A stretch of 64,000 nt of DNA from Octopus vulgaris (Eukaryota): assembly GCA_951406725.2 (NCBI GenBank), contig OX597826.1:75392001-75456000 (forward strand), in the 5' to 3' direction. The position numbers were made by a program, and so were the translations under genes. Under the pieces are notes generated by a model. It was not told where the DNA came from and did not search any database. It saw only the letters and a program-made list of their open reading frames with translations. How positions within the stretch are numbered: position 1 is the stretch's first letter; every line of letters begins with the position of its first letter. This document shows, one piece after another, positions 60,932-64,000 of this stretch.

Positions 60932-61328
60932 ATTGTATTTCGGGACGGTCATTTTTTTTTTACCAAATAAACACACGCACCATATATTCGTTCTTCACTC
61001 GTTTATTATTGTTCTTATTTTAACCCATGTCCATTGTCCGGAAATCTTTCGTCACACATTTGTGACCTCTTCAACGACACTTTACCTCCTCGTGTGTGCC
61101 CCTGCTCCGCTTTAGTATTCTATACAAGAACAGAATGGATTAAGCGGAGCAGGTGCACACACGAGGACAAGAAAATATCGCTGAAGAGGTCACAGATGTG
61201 TGATAAAATATTTCCGGACAATGGACAAGGGTTAAAATAAAGACAGTTATAAATGAGCGAAGAGCGAATATATAGTTCGTGTGTTCGTGTGTTTTGGCAA
61301 AAAAACATGACCATCCCGACATACAACA
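60932..61328. repeat. Inverted repeat (~185-bp arms), each arm with a degenerate minimal hammerhead
   Basis: Arms 60932-61112 and 61142-61328; (C/U)UGAAGA g gucaca-4nt-ugugac GAAA. Confidence 0.8.
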
Positions 61329-63686
61329 ATGGTTGGAGAATACCTAACTTATACAATGTTAATATGGTAATGTGCGCTGACCTGACAACAAACAGTAATT
61401 CGCTCTTCCAAATTTGGGCCATACTATACTCTTCCTTCTATTAAATTACTTCTTCCCAGATCATTTCCTTACATCTCTTCACCCCTTTGTAACATGCCTT
61501 CCCCCTTTCTCTATTTAAAACGCATCTTTCTAAATTTTTTCCCTCCCTTTCATAGGCGCAGGAGTGGCTATGTGGTAAGTAGCTTGCTTACCAACCACAT
61601 TGTTCCGTGTTCAGTCCCACTGCGTGGCACTTTGGGCAAGTGTCTACTACTATAGCCTCGGGCCGACCAAAGCCTTGTGAGTGGATTTGGTAGACGCAAA
61701 ATGAAAGAAGCCCGTCGTATATATGTATATATGTATATATATGTGTATGAGTGTTTGTGTGTCTGTGTTTGTTCCCCCCAACATCGCTTGACAACTGATG
61801 CTGGTGTGATTACGTCCCCGTAAATTAGCGGTTCAGCAAAAGAAACCGATCGAATAAGTACTAGGCTTACACAGAATAAGTCCTGGGGTCGATTTGCTCG
61901 ACTAAAGCCGGTGCTCTAGCATGGCCGCAGTCAAATGACTGAAACAAGTAAAAGAGTAAAAGAGTAAATATATAGTAGAGGAAAGAAGATGAGCTGTGAA
62001 CTTTATTCTCCTGTCTGTCTTCTCTCCACTGTTTTACTCTGAATCCTTCTATATTCTATTTTATTCCTTTGTACACTGTGCGTTCTCTATCTTGAACTTT
62101 CCTACAAACTTACCTTGTCTCTGATGACGGAATACCCAGTGTATGGAGATGCTAACCTATCAATTGGGATATCCAAAGATTAATTAATTGATTAATTAAT
62201 TAGGTAATTAATTAATTACTTCAAATTCACCTTACCCTAATTAAATATTCTAAATGACTTGAGGTACTCGTCTTGCCTTGGTTTCGTCGTCCTTTGTCCT
62301 CTAATGTATACCTGCCAACTCGGAAGCCTACTACGGATCCCTCGCTCCAGCCTCAGCTGTGAACTTGGAACCTAACGGATGACCAATTATAGCACTTACA
62401 TAGCGTACCTATTCGTTTAGATCACCAGTGAACTAAATCCCTCAAATTCCTTAATATATACATATATAAATCTGTGTGTGTGTGCGTGTGTGTGTACTTT
62501 CGGGTTCTGTGGTTTTTGTCAGTATTTTATCTTCCTCCTCTTCCTAGTCTCTTCTACACTTTTCTCCAATATTCGACGAATATTTCTCTTCTGTGGAATT
62601 TACCAGATTCGCATCACAGTTGTCTTTTCCCTGTGCAGAATTGTCAGTTTCTTGTACTCTATGGATATCCTAGCAAACTCTCGGGACGTTTTACCAGTGT
62701 TTAAGTTTTTACAAATTGTTTTTACTTTTCCTCTCTACAGAGATTTCACACATTTTCTCTTTTTTATTCTGCTTTTCATATCTTAGTCCAAACTTTTCCA
62801 CTTTGTTAAGATGCGTTTCACACTCATTGCTCTTGCTATCCTGATTGCTTCAGTAATATTGAATATTAGTTATAAGTTTTTAAATCATACTTTACTTGTA
62901 TTTTCCAGCTGCTCTTTTTGTCAACCGCTTACATTTGGTCGAATTAAAAATTCTTAAGTGGTGTTATTTGAAGCTATATGAAAGTTCTCGACCATTCAGT
63001 TTTGATTGCATTGAATAAAACTCCACCAATAAATAGACTTTATAAAAATACGTTGAGGGAAAGAAATCCAGTAGGAAATGGCATCAATTTCGAGAAGTCA
63101 TGCGTCTGACTAGGAAAATAAATGAAGCTGCTTAGAATTCTAAATGAATTACAGCTGATTATTTAGTTGAATAAAACAATTGGTGACTTTCAATGAAAAA
63201 CCGATTGCCTAATTTCAAGCAAATACGTGTTAATTATATTGAATATGTATGCTTCTAGATTTATCTCTGCTAGGCATTAAGTTGTTAGCTACCGTTCATA
63301 TCGATCATAATCGCTTTTCTCAACATATTCTTTTCATATTTGCTCGATCAGTTGACATGGATGTTTGCAAGTATATAAAAAGGAAAGAACTATGAGCAGT
63401 TAGACTTCGGGAATTTGAATAACAATATCTAACCAACCTACTTACGTCACCTCTCATTTCTTTTCCGGTGAACTCTTCATAGAAACTACATTTATTTTCT
63501 CATAGCACTCGTAATTCCTGCATTTTAAATCGGCTTTGGTAACGATTTCTCTTTGAGGGAGTAAAAAAAAAAGACAATTATCTATGTTTCCTGCTTATTA
63601 GTTAAGCCCTCATATTTTCGACAAAGCACGATGCGTATTTATGCGAGAAACAAACAATTTTCAACAATGGAGTAAAGACTACGTAC

Positions 63687-64000
63687 CTCAGATACAATAG
63701 ATGAGATTTCATTAGTATAGAACTTTCGACCATATTTACACGTTTCCTTTGTAGAATTAATTGTGGGTAGGACATAGACTCCTTCTTCAGAAACCAGTTT
63801 ATACACAGAGCATCTCTCCTCTTCTACAGTTACTTCATTTAGGAACTCATCCAAGGTGATGTTTGGTGGAATCATGGATTCGTTGAAATTCGAAGGGTAA
63901 CAAGAAAAAGGAACCTTCTCTCGTATAAATACCATCGTTAAAAGTGAATGACCATAAAATATTATAAATATCCCAATTAAGAAAGTTAGTTTCTTTTGAA
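63687..64000 (-). CDS. SLC22: SLC22 paralog C exon (TM1 and extracellular loop), truncated by the window edge
   Basis: Open frame QKKLTFLIGIFIIFYGHSLLTMVFIREKVPFSCYPSNFNESMIPPNITLDEFLNEVTV...CKYGRKF...IVSE; GAG|gtacgt donor; very similar to the gene A exon. Confidence 0.88.

Noticed and set aside
62115-62155. Additional hammerhead (ctgatgac...), and similarly at 17784 (ctgacgaagagc)
   Set aside because: The core heptamer is present but there is no closing stem II plus GAAA; degenerate at best.

Overview
AT-rich, repeat- and microsatellite-dense eukaryotic genomic DNA. The tRNA-derived SINE families and microsatellite density point to an octopod cephalopod (Octopus; inference). The window holds an SLC22 (organic ion transporter, MFS) paralog cluster. 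Gene B is complete on the + strand: 9 coding exons, 13872-31119, about 569 aa, all splice phases consistent. Gene A is divergently oriented on the - strand; only its first coding exons (4822-4762, 2181-1808) are in the window and the rest lies to the left. A close paralog exon, C (- strand, 63687 to beyond 64000), has no downstream exons that I can find. The remainder is SINEs (three families, including a 13-unit 185-bp tandem array), Helitrons, and remnants of CR1, RTE, R4/Dong-like, Penelope, Tc1/mariner and Chapaev-like elements, plus many foldback palindromes, a CA-derived minisatellite and a 100-N gap. Highlights: a complete type I hammerhead ribozyme in a 357-bp retrozyme-like unit in an SLC22 intron; several minimal Penelope-type hammerheads, including a U3-A8 compensatory core variant; and a possible variable-first-exon architecture for the SLC22 A/C exons. 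All calls are by eye; no searches were run.
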